Shown here: in pieces, positions 30,941-41,669 of the stretch | Layout: each line of letters opens with the position of its first letter | Position numbering within the stretch: the first letter of the stretch is position 1 | Origin: an uncultured Chloroflexia bacterium | GTDB taxonomy: Bacteria > Chloroflexota > Limnocylindria > Limnocylindrales > CSP1-4 | Direction: 5' to 3' | NCBI GenBank assembly: GCA_963734895.1 | Contig: CAVTIN010000004.1 | Location: forward strand, 278,965 to 342,964 | Length of the DNA: 64,000 bases | Position numbers and translations under genes: made by a program | The notes under the pieces: generated by a model | Seen by the model: the letters and a program-made list of their open reading frames with translations, nothing else | Databases searched by the model: none | What the model was told of the DNA's origin: nothing

Positions 30941-31704
30941 CCGAGCTCGTTCGTGACCGCCTGCGCGTGGTCGTCGAGGCGGACCGGCCGGCGCTCGGGG
31001 CGGCGGCTGCCATCTACGCAGCCGGGCGTCTCCGCGAGCTCCTCGAGCGCCAGGAGCGGGTTCGAGTCATCTTCGCGGCCGCGGCCTCGCAGAACGAGCT
31101 GCTCGCCTCGCTGGCCCCGATGGGCGGTATCGAATGGTCGCGTGTGGATGCCTTCCACCTCGACGAGTACGTCGGCCTGCCATTGGGCAGCGAGCGGTCG
31201 TTCGGGCGTTGGCTCGACGACCACATCTGGTCGACCGTCAATCCCGGCCGAGTGGAGCGGATCGACGGCGGAAACCCGGCCGGTGGTGCGGCCGAGGCCG
31301 CGCGCTACGGTGCCCTGCTCGCCGACGGGGGCATCGACCTCGCGCTCATCGGGGTCGGGGAGAACGGCCACGTGGCGTTCAACGATCCGCACGTCGCGGA
31401 CTTCGACGATCCCGTCTGGATGAAGCCCGTCGAGATCGATGACACCAGCCGCCATCAGCAGGTTCGCGATGGCGCGTTCGACCGGTTCGAGGACGTTCCC
31501 CGGATCGCGCTGACGGTGACGATGTCAACGATCCGCGCCTGCCGCGTCATCTCGCTCGTCGTCCCCGGACGGCAGAAGGCCGCCGCGATTGCGGCCATGC
31601 TCGACGGGCCCATCAACACCGCCTGTCCCGCGTCCGTCCTGCGCGGTCACCCGGACGCAGCGCTGTTCATCGACGAGGCCGCTGCTTCGGCGTCCCGCCG
31701 CTGA
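30937..31704 (+). CDS. nagB: Glucosamine-6-phosphate deaminase/isomerase (NagB / 6-phosphogluconolactonase fold)
   Basis: FHLDEYVGLP, LALIGVGENGHVAFNDP, and an overall length of 255 aa fit the NagB family. Confidence 0.8.
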   Translation: MTELVRDRLRVVVEADRPALGAAAAIYAAGRLRELLERQERVRVIFAAAASQNELLASLAPMGGIEWSRVDAFHLDEYVGLPLGSERSFGRWLDDHIWSTVNPGRVERIDGGNPAGGAAEAARYGALLADGGIDLALIGVGENGHVAFNDPHVADFDDPVWMKPVEIDDTSRHQQVRDGAFDRFEDVPRIALTVTMSTIRACRVISLVVPGRQKAAAIAAMLDGPINTACPASVLRGHPDAALFIDEAAASASRR

Positions 31705-31757
31705 GCGCGGTCCCGAACCCGGTCGCCCCTTGGCGGCCTCTGATCAGAGGAGTCACG

Positions 31758-32948
31758 ATGTCGAAGCTGGCCATCAACGGGGGCACGCCGGTCCGCACGA
31801 AGCCCTTCCTCGGCTGGCCCGTGTTCGGGACCGAGGAAGAGGCCGCCCTGCTGGCGGCGCTGCGGTCCGGTGTGTGGGGCTCGATCGACGGGACGTTCGT
31901 GAAGCAGCTCGAGGTCGACTTCGCGAAGCTCCAGGCCGCGCGGCATGGCATCGCCTGCGTCAACGGCACGATGGCGCTGTCGGTGGCCCTCAAGGCCCTC
32001 GGGATCGGGTCCGGCGATGAGGTCCTCGTCCCTCCGTACACGTTCATCGCCACGGCGAGCGCCGCGCTCATGGTCGGCGCGGTGCCGGTGTTCGTCGACG
32101 TGGAGCTGGACACGCTGCTCATCGATCCGACGCTCATCGACGCTGCCGTCACGCCGCGGACGAAGGCGATCATCCCGGTCCATCACGGCGGCTCGCCGGT
32201 GGACATGGACGGGGTCATGGCCGCCGCTGGACGGCACGGGCTCAAGGTCGTCGAGGATGCGGCACAGGCGCACGGCTCGGCCTGGCGCGGCCGGCCGGTC
32301 GGAGCGATCGGCGACGTGGGCACGTTCAGCTTCCAATCGTCGAAGCCGATCAACGCCGGCGAGGGCGGGATGATGCTGACCAACGACGACGAGCTCGACG
32401 AGCTCCTGTGGTCGTACCGCAACGTGGGCCGGCGGCGCGGCGGGGAGTGGTACGAGCACGTCCGCCTCGGCTGGAACCTCCGGATGAGCGAGTTCCAGGC
32501 GGCGGTGCTCCTCGAGCAGATGAAGCGGATGCCGGCGCAGCAGGCGCACCGGACGGAGGCGGCGGCATACCTGTCGTCAAGGCTGCTCGAGATCCCCGGC
32601 GCGATCCCGCTGCGCGTGCCCGAGGGCGTCACCGCGCACAGCTGGTACACGTACCACTGGCGCTGGCTGGGCGAGCCGGACGGCGGTCTCCCCAAGAAGC
32701 AGTTCGCCGAGGCGCTGCGCGCCGAGGGCGTGCCGGTATTCCACGGCTACACGCCGCTCAACCGGAACCAGGCGGTGATCGACGAGATCGCGCGCCTCGG
32801 TGGTCCGGCCCCGGTGGCCTGCCCGAATGCCGAGAAGGCGGAGGCGGACGAGATCCTGATGTTCTCGCTGCCGATCCTCATGGGCACGCACGGTGACCTC
32901 GATGATGTCGCCGAGGCCGTCGCGAAGGTCGCCGCGGTCCGCGCATGA
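31758..32948 (+). CDS. DegT/DnrJ/EryC1/StrS-family PLP-dependent sugar aminotransferase
   Basis: MSKLAINGGTPVR...CVNGTMALSVALKALGIG...EDAAQAHGS...FSFQSSKPINAGEGG (PLP-binding Lys in the SxK motif). Confidence 0.88.
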   Translation: MSKLAINGGTPVRTKPFLGWPVFGTEEEAALLAALRSGVWGSIDGTFVKQLEVDFAKLQAARHGIACVNGTMALSVALKALGIGSGDEVLVPPYTFIATASAALMVGAVPVFVDVELDTLLIDPTLIDAAVTPRTKAIIPVHHGGSPVDMDGVMAAAGRHGLKVVEDAAQAHGSAWRGRPVGAIGDVGTFSFQSSKPINAGEGGMMLTNDDELDELLWSYRNVGRRRGGEWYEHVRLGWNLRMSEFQAAVLLEQMKRMPAQQAHRTEAAAYLSSRLLEIPGAIPLRVPEGVTAHSWYTYHWRWLGEPDGGLPKKQFAEALRAEGVPVFHGYTPLNRNQAVIDEIARLGGPAPVACPNAEKAEADEILMFSLPILMGTHGDLDDVAEAVAKVAAVRA

Positions 32949-34006
32949 GCACTCCGACGCCGATCCGGGTCGGCCTCGTGGGGTGCGGCTCGATCTCGAC
33001 GCAGCACCTGGAGGCGATCTCCGCGCTGCCCGAGCTGTCGCTGGCCGGCGTCGTCAGCGCGTCCGAGCAGCGCGCCCGAGCCGCCGGTGAGCGGTGGGGC
33101 GTGGCGTGGACGACACGCCTCGAGGATCTCCTCGGCCGGGACGACGTGGACGCCGTCACGATCGCGACGCCGTCCGGGCTCCACCCGGCCCAGGCGCTTG
33201 CTGCCCTGCAATCGGGCCGCCACGTGATCGTGGAGAAGCCCATCGCCCTGTCGGTGGCCGACGCCGACGCCGTCGTGGCCGCGGGCCACGAGCGAAGCCT
33301 GGTCGTTGCGACGATCTCCCAGCGCCGCTTCGAGCCCGCCGTGCGCGCGCTTCACGAGGCAATCGGGGCCGGGGCGCTGGGGACCATCTCGCTGATCATC
33401 GCGGAGGGCCTGTACCACCGGCCGCAGGCCTACTACGACAGCGCCCCGTGGCGTGGCACCCGGGCCCTCGATGGCGGGGTGCTGATGAACCAGGCGATCC
33501 ACGTGATCGACCTGCTGCGCTGGATGGGCGGACCGGTGGCGTCGGTCACGGGTCACGTCGCGACCCTGGGGCACCAGATGGAGGCCGAGGACACGGCGTC
33601 GGTCAGCCTCAGGTTCGCCAGCGGGACGCTGGGCGAGATCGTTGCCACCACCTGCGTCAACCCGGAGCTCCCCGTGGAGCTGCGGGTCTACGGCGACCGC
33701 GGTCATGTCCGGATCGCCGGCGAGACGGTCGTCGAATGGGACGTTCCCGGCGTGCCGGCCCCGGAGGTCGACGCGGGCGCGGTCGAGGTGGTTGCGAGCC
33801 GCTCCGGTGTCGGGGCCACGCAGACCTGGGGGACCAACGCCATCGGCTACCTCCGCCAGTACGCCGACTTCGTCGAAGCCGTTCGGACCGGGCGCCCGCC
33901 CGCCGTGACCGGCGAGGACGGCCGCAACGCCGTGGAGATCATCACAGCCGCCTACGAGGCGGACCGTACCGGACGGGCCGTCGTGCTCGGAGGAGAGCCG
34001 GAATGA
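32945..34006 (+). CDS. Gfo/Idh/MocA-family NAD(P) oxidoreductase
   Basis: IRVGLVGCGSISTQHLEAI...HVIVEKPIALS (the EKP motif). Confidence 0.88.
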   Translation: MSTPTPIRVGLVGCGSISTQHLEAISALPELSLAGVVSASEQRARAAGERWGVAWTTRLEDLLGRDDVDAVTIATPSGLHPAQALAALQSGRHVIVEKPIALSVADADAVVAAGHERSLVVATISQRRFEPAVRALHEAIGAGALGTISLIIAEGLYHRPQAYYDSAPWRGTRALDGGVLMNQAIHVIDLLRWMGGPVASVTGHVATLGHQMEAEDTASVSLRFASGTLGEIVATTCVNPELPVELRVYGDRGHVRIAGETVVEWDVPGVPAPEVDAGAVEVVASRSGVGATQTWGTNAIGYLRQYADFVEAVRTGRPPAVTGEDGRNAVEIITAAYEADRTGRAVVLGGEPE

Positions 34007-35280
34007 AGGTCGGAGCCGCCAAGGTCGATATCACGCCGCCGCTGGGAATGCAGCTCGAGGGCTTCGAGGTGCGGGTGGACGGCGCGACGGGCATCCACGA
34101 CCCGTTGTTCGCCCGTGCGCTCGTCGTCGAGGGCGCGGACGGCACGACCGTCGCAATGATGGTCGCAGATCTGCTCCAGGTCGATCCACGGCTGCAGGCG
34201 CTGGCGGCGGACGAGGTGCTCGCGCGAACCGGGATCCCCAGGGAGCGCCTCCAGCTGGTCGGCACGCACACGCACAGCGGTCCTCGGCTGGCGGAGCCCT
34301 CGGATGAGGAGCGGGCCATCGGCCACGGCATCGCCGACGCCGTCACCCGCGCCTGGGAGCAGCGACGCGAGGCGGTTGCCGCTGTCGGCGTCGGTGAGGT
34401 GACGGGGATCGGCGCCAACCGGCGCCCCAACGGCGGGCCGGTTGACGACCGGGTCATGGTGACCCGGTTCGACGACCTCGACGGACGGCCGATCGCGACC
34501 CACGTGAACTACGGCTGCCATCCCACGACGCTGGGGCCGAACAACCTGCTGTACACCGCCGACTATCCGGGCGTGCTGTGCCGGCTCGTCGATGAGTCCG
34601 TCGGCGGGGTGACGATCTTCTCGACGGGTCCCCAGGGAGACGTGAACCCGGGCGGCTACTCGCCCGAGGGAAGCATGGTCGGCATCGTGGTCCCGTGGCG
34701 TACCTTCGAGTCCGCCGAGCGCTACGGACGCCTGCTCGCCGACTGCACCCTGAAGGTGCGGGCCGGGCTCGTGCCACGCCCGTCGGACCGCGCCTGGGGC
34801 GACGCACGGATCGTGGAGCTGCGTCGCAAGCGGCTGCCGGCGCCGGACATCGCGCACGAGGCGGCAGTCGCGGCCCGCACCGCCGAACACCTCGTGGTTG
34901 GCGCAGACATGAGCGCCGACGCCACCTACCACGCGCTCGCGGCGGCTGCCTACGCAGAGCTCGTCGCTGGCCAGGCAGCCGACCCCGAGCGCGACCAGCC
35001 GGTCCGCATCCGGGCCAGCGCGCTCGCCCTGGGTCCGCTGCTCCACGTGGGCATCTCCGGTGAGCTGTTCGTGGCCCTTGGACAGCAGATCCGGCAGGCG
35101 CTGGGCGATGCCGGCACCTGCGTCGCCGCGCTGTGCGACGGCACGGTGGGCTACATCCCGACAGCCGATGCATTCGAGATCGGCGGATACGAGCCCAATG
35201 CGAGCGTGCTTCATCCCGGCGAGGGCGAACGGCTGGTCGAAGCCGCCGTGGCGCTCGCCTCGAATGCACCCGCCGGCTGA
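34003..35280 (+). CDS. Neutral/alkaline ceramidase-like N-terminal-domain hydrolase (PF04734-like), hypothetical
   Basis: MKVGAAKVDITPPLGMQLEGF...RVDGATGIHDPLFARALVV...GTHTHSGP is the pattern of bacterial neutral-ceramidase homologs. ATG at 34003 overlaps the upstream stop. Confidence 0.55.
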   Translation: MKVGAAKVDITPPLGMQLEGFEVRVDGATGIHDPLFARALVVEGADGTTVAMMVADLLQVDPRLQALAADEVLARTGIPRERLQLVGTHTHSGPRLAEPSDEERAIGHGIADAVTRAWEQRREAVAAVGVGEVTGIGANRRPNGGPVDDRVMVTRFDDLDGRPIATHVNYGCHPTTLGPNNLLYTADYPGVLCRLVDESVGGVTIFSTGPQGDVNPGGYSPEGSMVGIVVPWRTFESAERYGRLLADCTLKVRAGLVPRPSDRAWGDARIVELRRKRLPAPDIAHEAAVAARTAEHLVVGADMSADATYHALAAAAYAELVAGQAADPERDQPVRIRASALALGPLLHVGISGELFVALGQQIRQALGDAGTCVAALCDGTVGYIPTADAFEIGGYEPNASVLHPGEGERLVEAAVALASNAPAG

Positions 35281-35347
35281 CGCCCGCCGCCCACCGATCC
35301 AGCTACCGACAATCGAACCCCGACCGCGGACCAGCAGGAGGTCACCG

Positions 35348-36106
35348 ATGACCACCCCGATCTACACCACGTACCTCGAGAAGATCACCGCATTGCTCGC
35401 CCAGCTCCGGGATGAGGAAGGGGAGGCGATCACCCGCGCCGGTGCCGCGATCGCGGACCGGATCGCGGCCGACCGCATGATCTACGTGATCGGCCCGGGC
35501 GGCCACTCGCAGATCGGAGCCGAGGAGGTGTTCTCGCGGGCGGGCGGGCTGGCCTCCATCGTGTCATTCATCGACGATGGGTTCTACCTCGGCAACGGTG
35601 CGGCCAGGTCGATGGCGATCGAACGCACGCCCGGGTACGCGCGGGCCATCCTTGACCGCGGGGACATGGGCGAAGGCGACGTCCTCGTCATCGTCAATGC
35701 CTACGGGATCAATGCTGCGACCATCGACAGCGCGATGTACGCCCGCGAGAAGGGCATGACCAGCATCGGTGTGACCTCGGTCGCAAACCAGCGCGGACTG
35801 CCGCAGGGCCACCCCAGCCGGCACCCCAGCGGTCAGGACCTGTGCGACCTCGTCGACATCCTGGTCGACACCAAGATGCCGCTCGGTGACGCCGTGCTCA
35901 AGCTCGATGGCGTGAGCGAGAAGGTCGCACCGGTCTCGACCTATCTCAATGCGTTCGCCCTCAACGCGATCATGCTCGAGGCCATCGCCGAGCTGGCCCG
36001 GCGCGGGATCGAGCCGCCGATCTGGCGGAGCTCCAACAGCCCGGGTGGCGACGAGGCGAACCTGGCCGTGACGGCGCGCTACATCACCCGCGTGCGGAAC
36101 CTGTAG
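35348..36106 (+). CDS. SIS (sugar isomerase) domain protein
   Basis: MIYVIGPGGHSQIGAEEVFSRAGGLASIV and DVLVIVNAYGINAATIDSAMYAREKGMTSIGVTS, a typical SIS Rossmann-like fold. Confidence 0.65.
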   Translation: MTTPIYTTYLEKITALLAQLRDEEGEAITRAGAAIADRIAADRMIYVIGPGGHSQIGAEEVFSRAGGLASIVSFIDDGFYLGNGAARSMAIERTPGYARAILDRGDMGEGDVLVIVNAYGINAATIDSAMYAREKGMTSIGVTSVANQRGLPQGHPSRHPSGQDLCDLVDILVDTKMPLGDAVLKLDGVSEKVAPVSTYLNAFALNAIMLEAIAELARRGIEPPIWRSSNSPGGDEANLAVTARYITRVRNL

Positions 36107-36246
36107 GGCGGCGCCGCATCACCGCCGGGGAGCAGCCGATGGAACCAACGACCCCGCCTGTCGCCGGAGGGCCGATACGCCTTGCGCGCGCCCTGTCTGA
36201 TGATTTACTGTCGGACAATTCAACGACAGGAGGACAGATCCGGACC

Positions 36247-37017
36247 ATGAGTCTCCAGCGGCCAGAGACCCTCACGACCGCCGTCGCCGCCTACGTCAAG
36301 GACGCCATCGTGCGCGGCGAGTTCGCGCCCGGATCCCGGCTCCCTGAGGTGGCCCTCGCCGCCCAGCTCGAGACGTCGCGCGGCACGGTGCGCGAGGCAC
36401 TGCGGACGCTGGCCGACGGCGGTCTCATCCAGATCATCCCCCGCCGCGGCGTGTTCGTGTCGCAGCTCTCGGTGCGCGCGGCGTGGGAGATCACGAGCCT
36501 GCGGGCGCTGCTCGAGCCCTATGCCTCTCGCCTCGCGCTCGAGGCGAGCGGCACGGACGAGGCGATCCAGCAGGAGGTCCACGTGGCGTTCGAGGCGCTC
36601 AAGGAGGCCATCGACACCGGTGATCCCGTGCAGGTGGCCGACTCGGACGTCGCGTTCCATCGCGCCGTCTTTGCGCGCTGTGGCCACAAGATGCTCCTGA
36701 CCCGGCTGCACACGCTCCAGGCGCTCTCCTACCGGATCGTCCTCACCAACCAGATCTCGTCCGCGGACGCGCCCACGCTCGTCGCGCAGCACGCCCCGAT
36801 CGTCGAGGCGGTCGAGCTGCGCGACCCGGAGCTCCTCGACGCCGCGGTGCGCTTTCACGTCATCGAGGCCGGCGAGCTCCTGATGACACGGATGTCAGCA
36901 CTGGACCCGACGCGGGCGAAGCGTCCCCAGCCCACTTCCTTCGGCCTCGGCCGGTGGCCGTCCGGCGCCACCCCACATCCGAGGCGTCCAAGCCCGCAGC
37001 CCGGGAGCGATCGATAG
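36247..37017 (+). CDS. GntR-family transcriptional regulator (FadR/FCD C-terminal domain)
   Basis: PGSRLPEVALAAQLETSRGTVREALRTLADGGLIQIIPRRGVFV (wHTH), followed by a helical FCD domain. Confidence 0.85.
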   Translation: MSLQRPETLTTAVAAYVKDAIVRGEFAPGSRLPEVALAAQLETSRGTVREALRTLADGGLIQIIPRRGVFVSQLSVRAAWEITSLRALLEPYASRLALEASGTDEAIQQEVHVAFEALKEAIDTGDPVQVADSDVAFHRAVFARCGHKMLLTRLHTLQALSYRIVLTNQISSADAPTLVAQHAPIVEAVELRDPELLDAAVRFHVIEAGELLMTRMSALDPTRAKRPQPTSFGLGRWPSGATPHPRRPSPQPGSDR

Positions 37018-37159
37018 CCCATTCCATCCACGCCATCCGGCCCTCGTCGGACCGGTGACCAGAGCAGAACATCTGGACCCGAGCACACAGGAGGCTGGTG
37101 CCCTTGACCCTGATTCTGCCGCTTCGCGCCAACGTGGCAAACGCATTTGGAGGAGCAAC

Positions 37160-38533
37160 ATGATCAACCCTCGCGCATGGGTGAAAGCCCTCGCGGTCGC
37201 GGGGTCCCTCGTCATCGTTGTCGGAGCCTGTGGCTCCGGCACGGCGACGACGGCGCCGACGACCGCGGCCAGCACCGCACCGGGAGAGTCGAGCGCACCG
37301 GCGGCCGACGCCTGCGGAACCGACCCGATCACGCTCAACGTCTGGGGCGGCTACCCCGAGAATGACGAGGTCTTCAAGCAGGCCGGCGAGGCCTTCAAGG
37401 CCATCCACCCGAACGTCGACTTCACCATCTTCAGCACGGACCTTCGCGGTTTCGAGCAGAAGCTCACGACCGCGATCCCGTCGAAGACCGCCGGCGATGT
37501 CGTGGTCCGGACGACCAACTTCCTGGCCCAATTCATCGATGAAGGCCTGATGCAGCCCGTGCCCGATGACCTCAAGACCGCCATCACGGGCGGCGGGTAT
37601 GCGCCCGAGGTCGTGAGCGACAGCACGTACGCCGACAACATCTGGGGCGTTCCCCTGTTCACCGGCGGCACGGCCCTGTTCTACAACACGGACATGTATG
37701 CCGAGGCCGGCATCTCCGGACCGCCGACCACGATGGACATGCTCATCGCGGACGCCCGCAAGCTCGCCAAGACCGATGCCAACGGCGCCGTGACCCGGTC
37801 GGGCCTGAGCCTCCGGCTCAGCGGCCAGGGCAGCGGCGTGGCAGAGAAGTTCTGGATCCTGCTCCTGCAGTACGAGAAGACGCTCATCCGTGAGACGTCT
37901 CCCGGCAAGTGGCAGGCCGAGTACAACGGTCCCGAAGGCGTCAAGCTCCTCGGGATGTACGTTGACTTCCTCAAGAACGGCGTCGAATCGCTGAACATCG
38001 AGCACGACGCGAAGGCGTTCGAGACCAAGGCGACCGCGCAGTTCCTGCGCGAGTCCTGGGTGATCCCCGACATCGCGACCAATGCCCCCGACCTCGTCGG
38101 GCATTACAACACCGCTCCGCCCCCCGTCGGCGACATCCTCACGGTCGAGTCGATGTTCGTCCCGGCCGCCGCGGCCAACCCCGCGTGCTCCTGGGAATTC
38201 ATCCGGTTCCTCCGGGAGCAGGATCAGCAGATCAACCTGCTGAAGATCTCCGGCTGGCTGCCGGCCCGCAAGGACCTCGACACGGCCGCCTTCCTGGCGG
38301 AGAACCCGACCTTTGAAGGCTTCCTCAAGCGGCCGGATGGCTTCCAGCTGACGACCACCCCGGCGATCGCCGAGTTCGACGAGATCGAGACCAAGATCGC
38401 GACGCACCTCGTCGACGCCTATGCCGACTACGAAAATCTGGCCGGCAATGACGCCAAGATCCAGGAGCTGCTCAACACCTGGGCAGACGAGACCAACCAG
38501 ATCCTCAAGGACAACGGCCACTACGCCGGCTGA
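37160..38533 (+). CDS. ABC transporter substrate-binding protein (carbohydrate family 1), lipoprotein
   Basis: Signal peptide plus lipobox (LVIVVGAC-GSG). Thr/Ala/Pro-rich linker. ATG preceded by GGAGGA. An SBP_bac_1-like body. Confidence 0.85.
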   Translation: MINPRAWVKALAVAGSLVIVVGACGSGTATTAPTTAASTAPGESSAPAADACGTDPITLNVWGGYPENDEVFKQAGEAFKAIHPNVDFTIFSTDLRGFEQKLTTAIPSKTAGDVVVRTTNFLAQFIDEGLMQPVPDDLKTAITGGGYAPEVVSDSTYADNIWGVPLFTGGTALFYNTDMYAEAGISGPPTTMDMLIADARKLAKTDANGAVTRSGLSLRLSGQGSGVAEKFWILLLQYEKTLIRETSPGKWQAEYNGPEGVKLLGMYVDFLKNGVESLNIEHDAKAFETKATAQFLRESWVIPDIATNAPDLVGHYNTAPPPVGDILTVESMFVPAAAANPACSWEFIRFLREQDQQINLLKISGWLPARKDLDTAAFLAENPTFEGFLKRPDGFQLTTTPAIAEFDEIETKIATHLVDAYADYENLAGNDAKIQELLNTWADETNQILKDNGHYAG

Positions 38534-38615
38534 CCTTCCTGGACGCGGGCGTCGCCGGCAGCTGCCGCGACGCCCGCGCAACCACCCGGTCCAACGGATA
38601 GCGTAGGGTTCACTG

Positions 38616-39536
38616 ATGGACAGTCCGCTGGCGGTCGTGCGGCGTGTGCCCCCGCGAACCTGGGCGAAATACAGGTTCGTGTTCCTCGTCCTCGCGCCCG
38701 TGATGGCGCTGTTCTTCTACCTGCGCGTCATCCCGACGGGGCAGGCCATGCTGATGAGCCTCTTCGACTGGGAGCTCATCAAGCCCGCGGAAAAGTTCGT
38801 CGGGCTCGACAATTACATCAACCTGCTGAGTGACGAGAACTTCCGCACGGCGTTCACGAACACCACGCTGTTCGCCGTGGGCACCTCGGTGATCTCCGTC
38901 CTGGTGGCCCTCGTGCTGGCGGCGCTCCTCGCGCGGTTCGTCCGCGGACGCCTCGGCGGTGGCATCGAGCTCCTCTACTTCGCTCCGGTCCTGGTGCCGA
39001 TGGTTCCGGTCACCCTCGGCTGGCGCGAGATCTTCAACTACAACCACGGGATCCTGAACTCGGCGATCGGGCTGGTTGGCATCGAGAAGCAGCCCTGGCT
39101 CAGTGATCCGACGATGGCGCTGATCGCGGTGATCATCCTGTCGGTCTGGAAGCAGATCGGCTACAACATGATCATCCTGCTGGTCGGGATGCGGGCCATC
39201 CCGCACGTGTACCACGAGGCTGCCGCCTGCGACGGCGCCAATGCCTGGCAGCAATTCCGGCACATCACGATGCCGTTGCTCGCCCCGGTCACGCTGTTCG
39301 TGGTCGTGATCACCACGATCTCGGCCTACAACGTGTTCACGCAGGTGTACGTCCTCGCCTCGGACGTCCAGGGAGCCCCGGGCAAGCTCGTCAGGGTGCT
39401 CGTCTACGACATCTTCGAGAACGGCTTCCGGTTCTTCAAGATGGGCTACGCGGCGTCGGAGGCCATGTACCTGTTCATCATCATCATGGTGCTGACGTTC
39501 ATCCAGTTCCGATTCCTGCGGGGGTCCGCCGAATGA
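38616..39536 (+). CDS. ABC sugar transporter permease (MalF/UgpA-like)
   Basis: Six TM segments and an EAA loop region (SVWKQIGYNMIILLVGMRAIPHVYHEAAACDGANAWQQFRHITMP). Confidence 0.85.
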   Translation: MDSPLAVVRRVPPRTWAKYRFVFLVLAPVMALFFYLRVIPTGQAMLMSLFDWELIKPAEKFVGLDNYINLLSDENFRTAFTNTTLFAVGTSVISVLVALVLAALLARFVRGRLGGGIELLYFAPVLVPMVPVTLGWREIFNYNHGILNSAIGLVGIEKQPWLSDPTMALIAVIILSVWKQIGYNMIILLVGMRAIPHVYHEAAACDGANAWQQFRHITMPLLAPVTLFVVVITTISAYNVFTQVYVLASDVQGAPGKLVRVLVYDIFENGFRFFKMGYAASEAMYLFIIIMVLTFIQFRFLRGSAE

Positions 39537-40378
39537 AACCCGGTACCGGCTCCATCGCGGCGCGCCTCACCTACTGGCTGGTCGTGGCGATCCTGATCGT
39601 GGGCGGGATCATCATGGTGTTCCCGCTGTTCTGGCTGTTCAGCACATCGCTGCGCCCCGGGACAGAGCTGCTTCAGGTCCCCCCGAGCCTCCTTCCGCAG
39701 GAATGGACCCTCGCCAACTACCAGAAAGCCTTCGACAAGGCCCCGCTCGTCGAATACATGTGGAACAGCGTCGTGTTCGCGACCCTGTCCACGGTGTTCA
39801 TCCTGCTGACCTCGACGGCGGCCGGCTACATCTTCGCGAAGTTCAAGTTCCCGGGGAACAACTTCCTGTTCATCCTGGTGCTGGCGACGGCGATCGTGCC
39901 GTTCGAGATCTACATGGTCCCGCTGTTCCTGCAGATGAATGCGCTCGGGCTCGTGAACACCCCCATCGGGCTGTTCCTCCCGTACCTGGTGCTCAGCTAC
40001 GGGATCTTCTTCATGCGCCAGAACACGATCACCAGCGTCCCGGAAGAGCTGCTCGACGCGGGCCGGATCGACGGCATGTCCGAGTGGGGGCTGATGCTGC
40101 GCCTGGTGCCCCGGCTCCTCGCCCCCGCGATGGCCGCGCTCGCGATCCTCGCCTTCATCCAGGCCTGGACCGCGTTCATCTGGCCGCTGCTCATCCTCAA
40201 CGACCCCAAGTACTTCCCGATGGAGCTCGGTCTCTCGCAGTTCGCCAACAACTACTCGATCGACTTCGGGGTGGTGAGCGCGGGCGCCGTCTTTGCGATG
40301 GCTCCGACGCTGATCGCGTTCCTCTTCCTGCGCCGAAAGATCGTCGAGGGCATCACGCTCACGGGGCTCAAGGGCTGA
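39533..40378 (+). CDS. ABC sugar transporter permease (MalG/UgpE-like)
   Basis: EELLDAGRIDGMSEWGLMLRLVP (EAA motif). Overlaps the upstream permease by 4 nt. Confidence 0.85.
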   Translation: MKPGTGSIAARLTYWLVVAILIVGGIIMVFPLFWLFSTSLRPGTELLQVPPSLLPQEWTLANYQKAFDKAPLVEYMWNSVVFATLSTVFILLTSTAAGYIFAKFKFPGNNFLFILVLATAIVPFEIYMVPLFLQMNALGLVNTPIGLFLPYLVLSYGIFFMRQNTITSVPEELLDAGRIDGMSEWGLMLRLVPRLLAPAMAALAILAFIQAWTAFIWPLLILNDPKYFPMELGLSQFANNYSIDFGVVSAGAVFAMAPTLIAFLFLRRKIVEGITLTGLKG

Positions 40379-40406
40379 CCGCGACCCCCCGGAAAGGCTT
40401 CGTTCA

Positions 40407-41624
40407 ATGACCACGCTGCTGACCTCGACATCCGACCACGCCCGCGAGCGTGCCCGGCTGTCTCTCCTGGGCCGTTCAACCGAGGACGGCGGAACCGTGC
40501 GCGTCACCGTCGAGGGTGGCCTGGTGACCGCGATCGAGCGGGTGACCGAGGACCCGGGAGGCACCTGGATCTCGCCCGGCTGGATCGACATCCAGATCAA
40601 CGGCTACGCGGGCCACGACCCCAACGCGACGGACGCGGACGCGTCGACGACCGCGGCCATGACGCGTGCGCTATGGCCGGAGGGCATCACCGGCTCGTGC
40701 GTCACGATCTGCACCGAATCCGAGGAGCACATCAAGGACAACCTGCGCGCGATCGTCGCCGCCGGTGACGCGGACCCGCTGATCGGGGCGTCGCTGGTCG
40801 GGATCCACGTCGAGGGTCCCCACATCGCCACCGAGGACGGTCCGCGGGGCGCCCACCCGCTGCGCCACGTCCGTCCGCCGGACGTCGAGGAGTACCGGCG
40901 GTGGCAGGAGGCCGCCGACGGCCGGATCCGGATCACCACGCTCTCGCCCGAGTACGAGGGAGCGGCTCCATACATCCGGGCGGTGGCCGCGGACGGCGTC
41001 CTCGTCTCGATCGGGCACACCATGGCGACCGGGGACCAGATCCGGGCCGCCGTCGATGCCGGGGCCCGGTGGTCAACCCACCTCGGCAACGGCGCCCACG
41101 CGATGATCCGGCGCCATCCGAACTACATCTGGGACCAGCTGGCCGAGGACCGGCTGAGCGCCGGCTTCATCTTCGACGGCCACCACCTGCCGCCCGCGGT
41201 CATGAAGACCGTGCTGCGCGCCAAGGGCGTGGAGCGGACCGTTCTCGTCAGCGATGCGGTCTCGATGGCTGGCCTGCCGCCCGGAAGGTACACGCTGTTC
41301 GACGGGGGAGAGGTCGAGCTGCAGCCCGACGGCCGGCTGGAGCTGGCCGGGACGCCGCTGCTCGCCGGCGCGGTCACGGCGCTGCCCACGTGCGTTGCCA
41401 ACGCAGTACGCCATGCGGGAGCCACCTTGTCGGATGCCGTGCGCATGGTCACGGCGAACCCGTCCCGGCTTCTGGGGCTTCCGATCGCGGCCGGCCACGA
41501 GAGCCTTCGGACTGGTGTCGCCGCCAATCTGACGATGTTCCGCCGCTCCGAGGCCAGCGGTGATATCGAGATCGTCAGGACCGTCGTGGACGGGGCAGTC
41601 GTGTTCGAGGCGCCAGCCACCTGA
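40407..41624 (+). CDS. nagA: N-acetylglucosamine-6-phosphate deacetylase
   Basis: GWIDIQINGYAGHD (HxH-like metal site in the amidohydrolase fold), GIHVEGPHI, SIGHTMAT, and THLGNGAH match NagA family motifs. Confidence 0.8.
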   Translation: MTTLLTSTSDHARERARLSLLGRSTEDGGTVRVTVEGGLVTAIERVTEDPGGTWISPGWIDIQINGYAGHDPNATDADASTTAAMTRALWPEGITGSCVTICTESEEHIKDNLRAIVAAGDADPLIGASLVGIHVEGPHIATEDGPRGAHPLRHVRPPDVEEYRRWQEAADGRIRITTLSPEYEGAAPYIRAVAADGVLVSIGHTMATGDQIRAAVDAGARWSTHLGNGAHAMIRRHPNYIWDQLAEDRLSAGFIFDGHHLPPAVMKTVLRAKGVERTVLVSDAVSMAGLPPGRYTLFDGGEVELQPDGRLELAGTPLLAGAVTALPTCVANAVRHAGATLSDAVRMVTANPSRLLGLPIAAGHESLRTGVAANLTMFRRSEASGDIEIVRTVVDGAVVFEAPAT

Positions 41625-41669
41625 CGCCGCCGTTCGCGCGCACCGGGCGGTCGAAACGTCTCGCCGGGG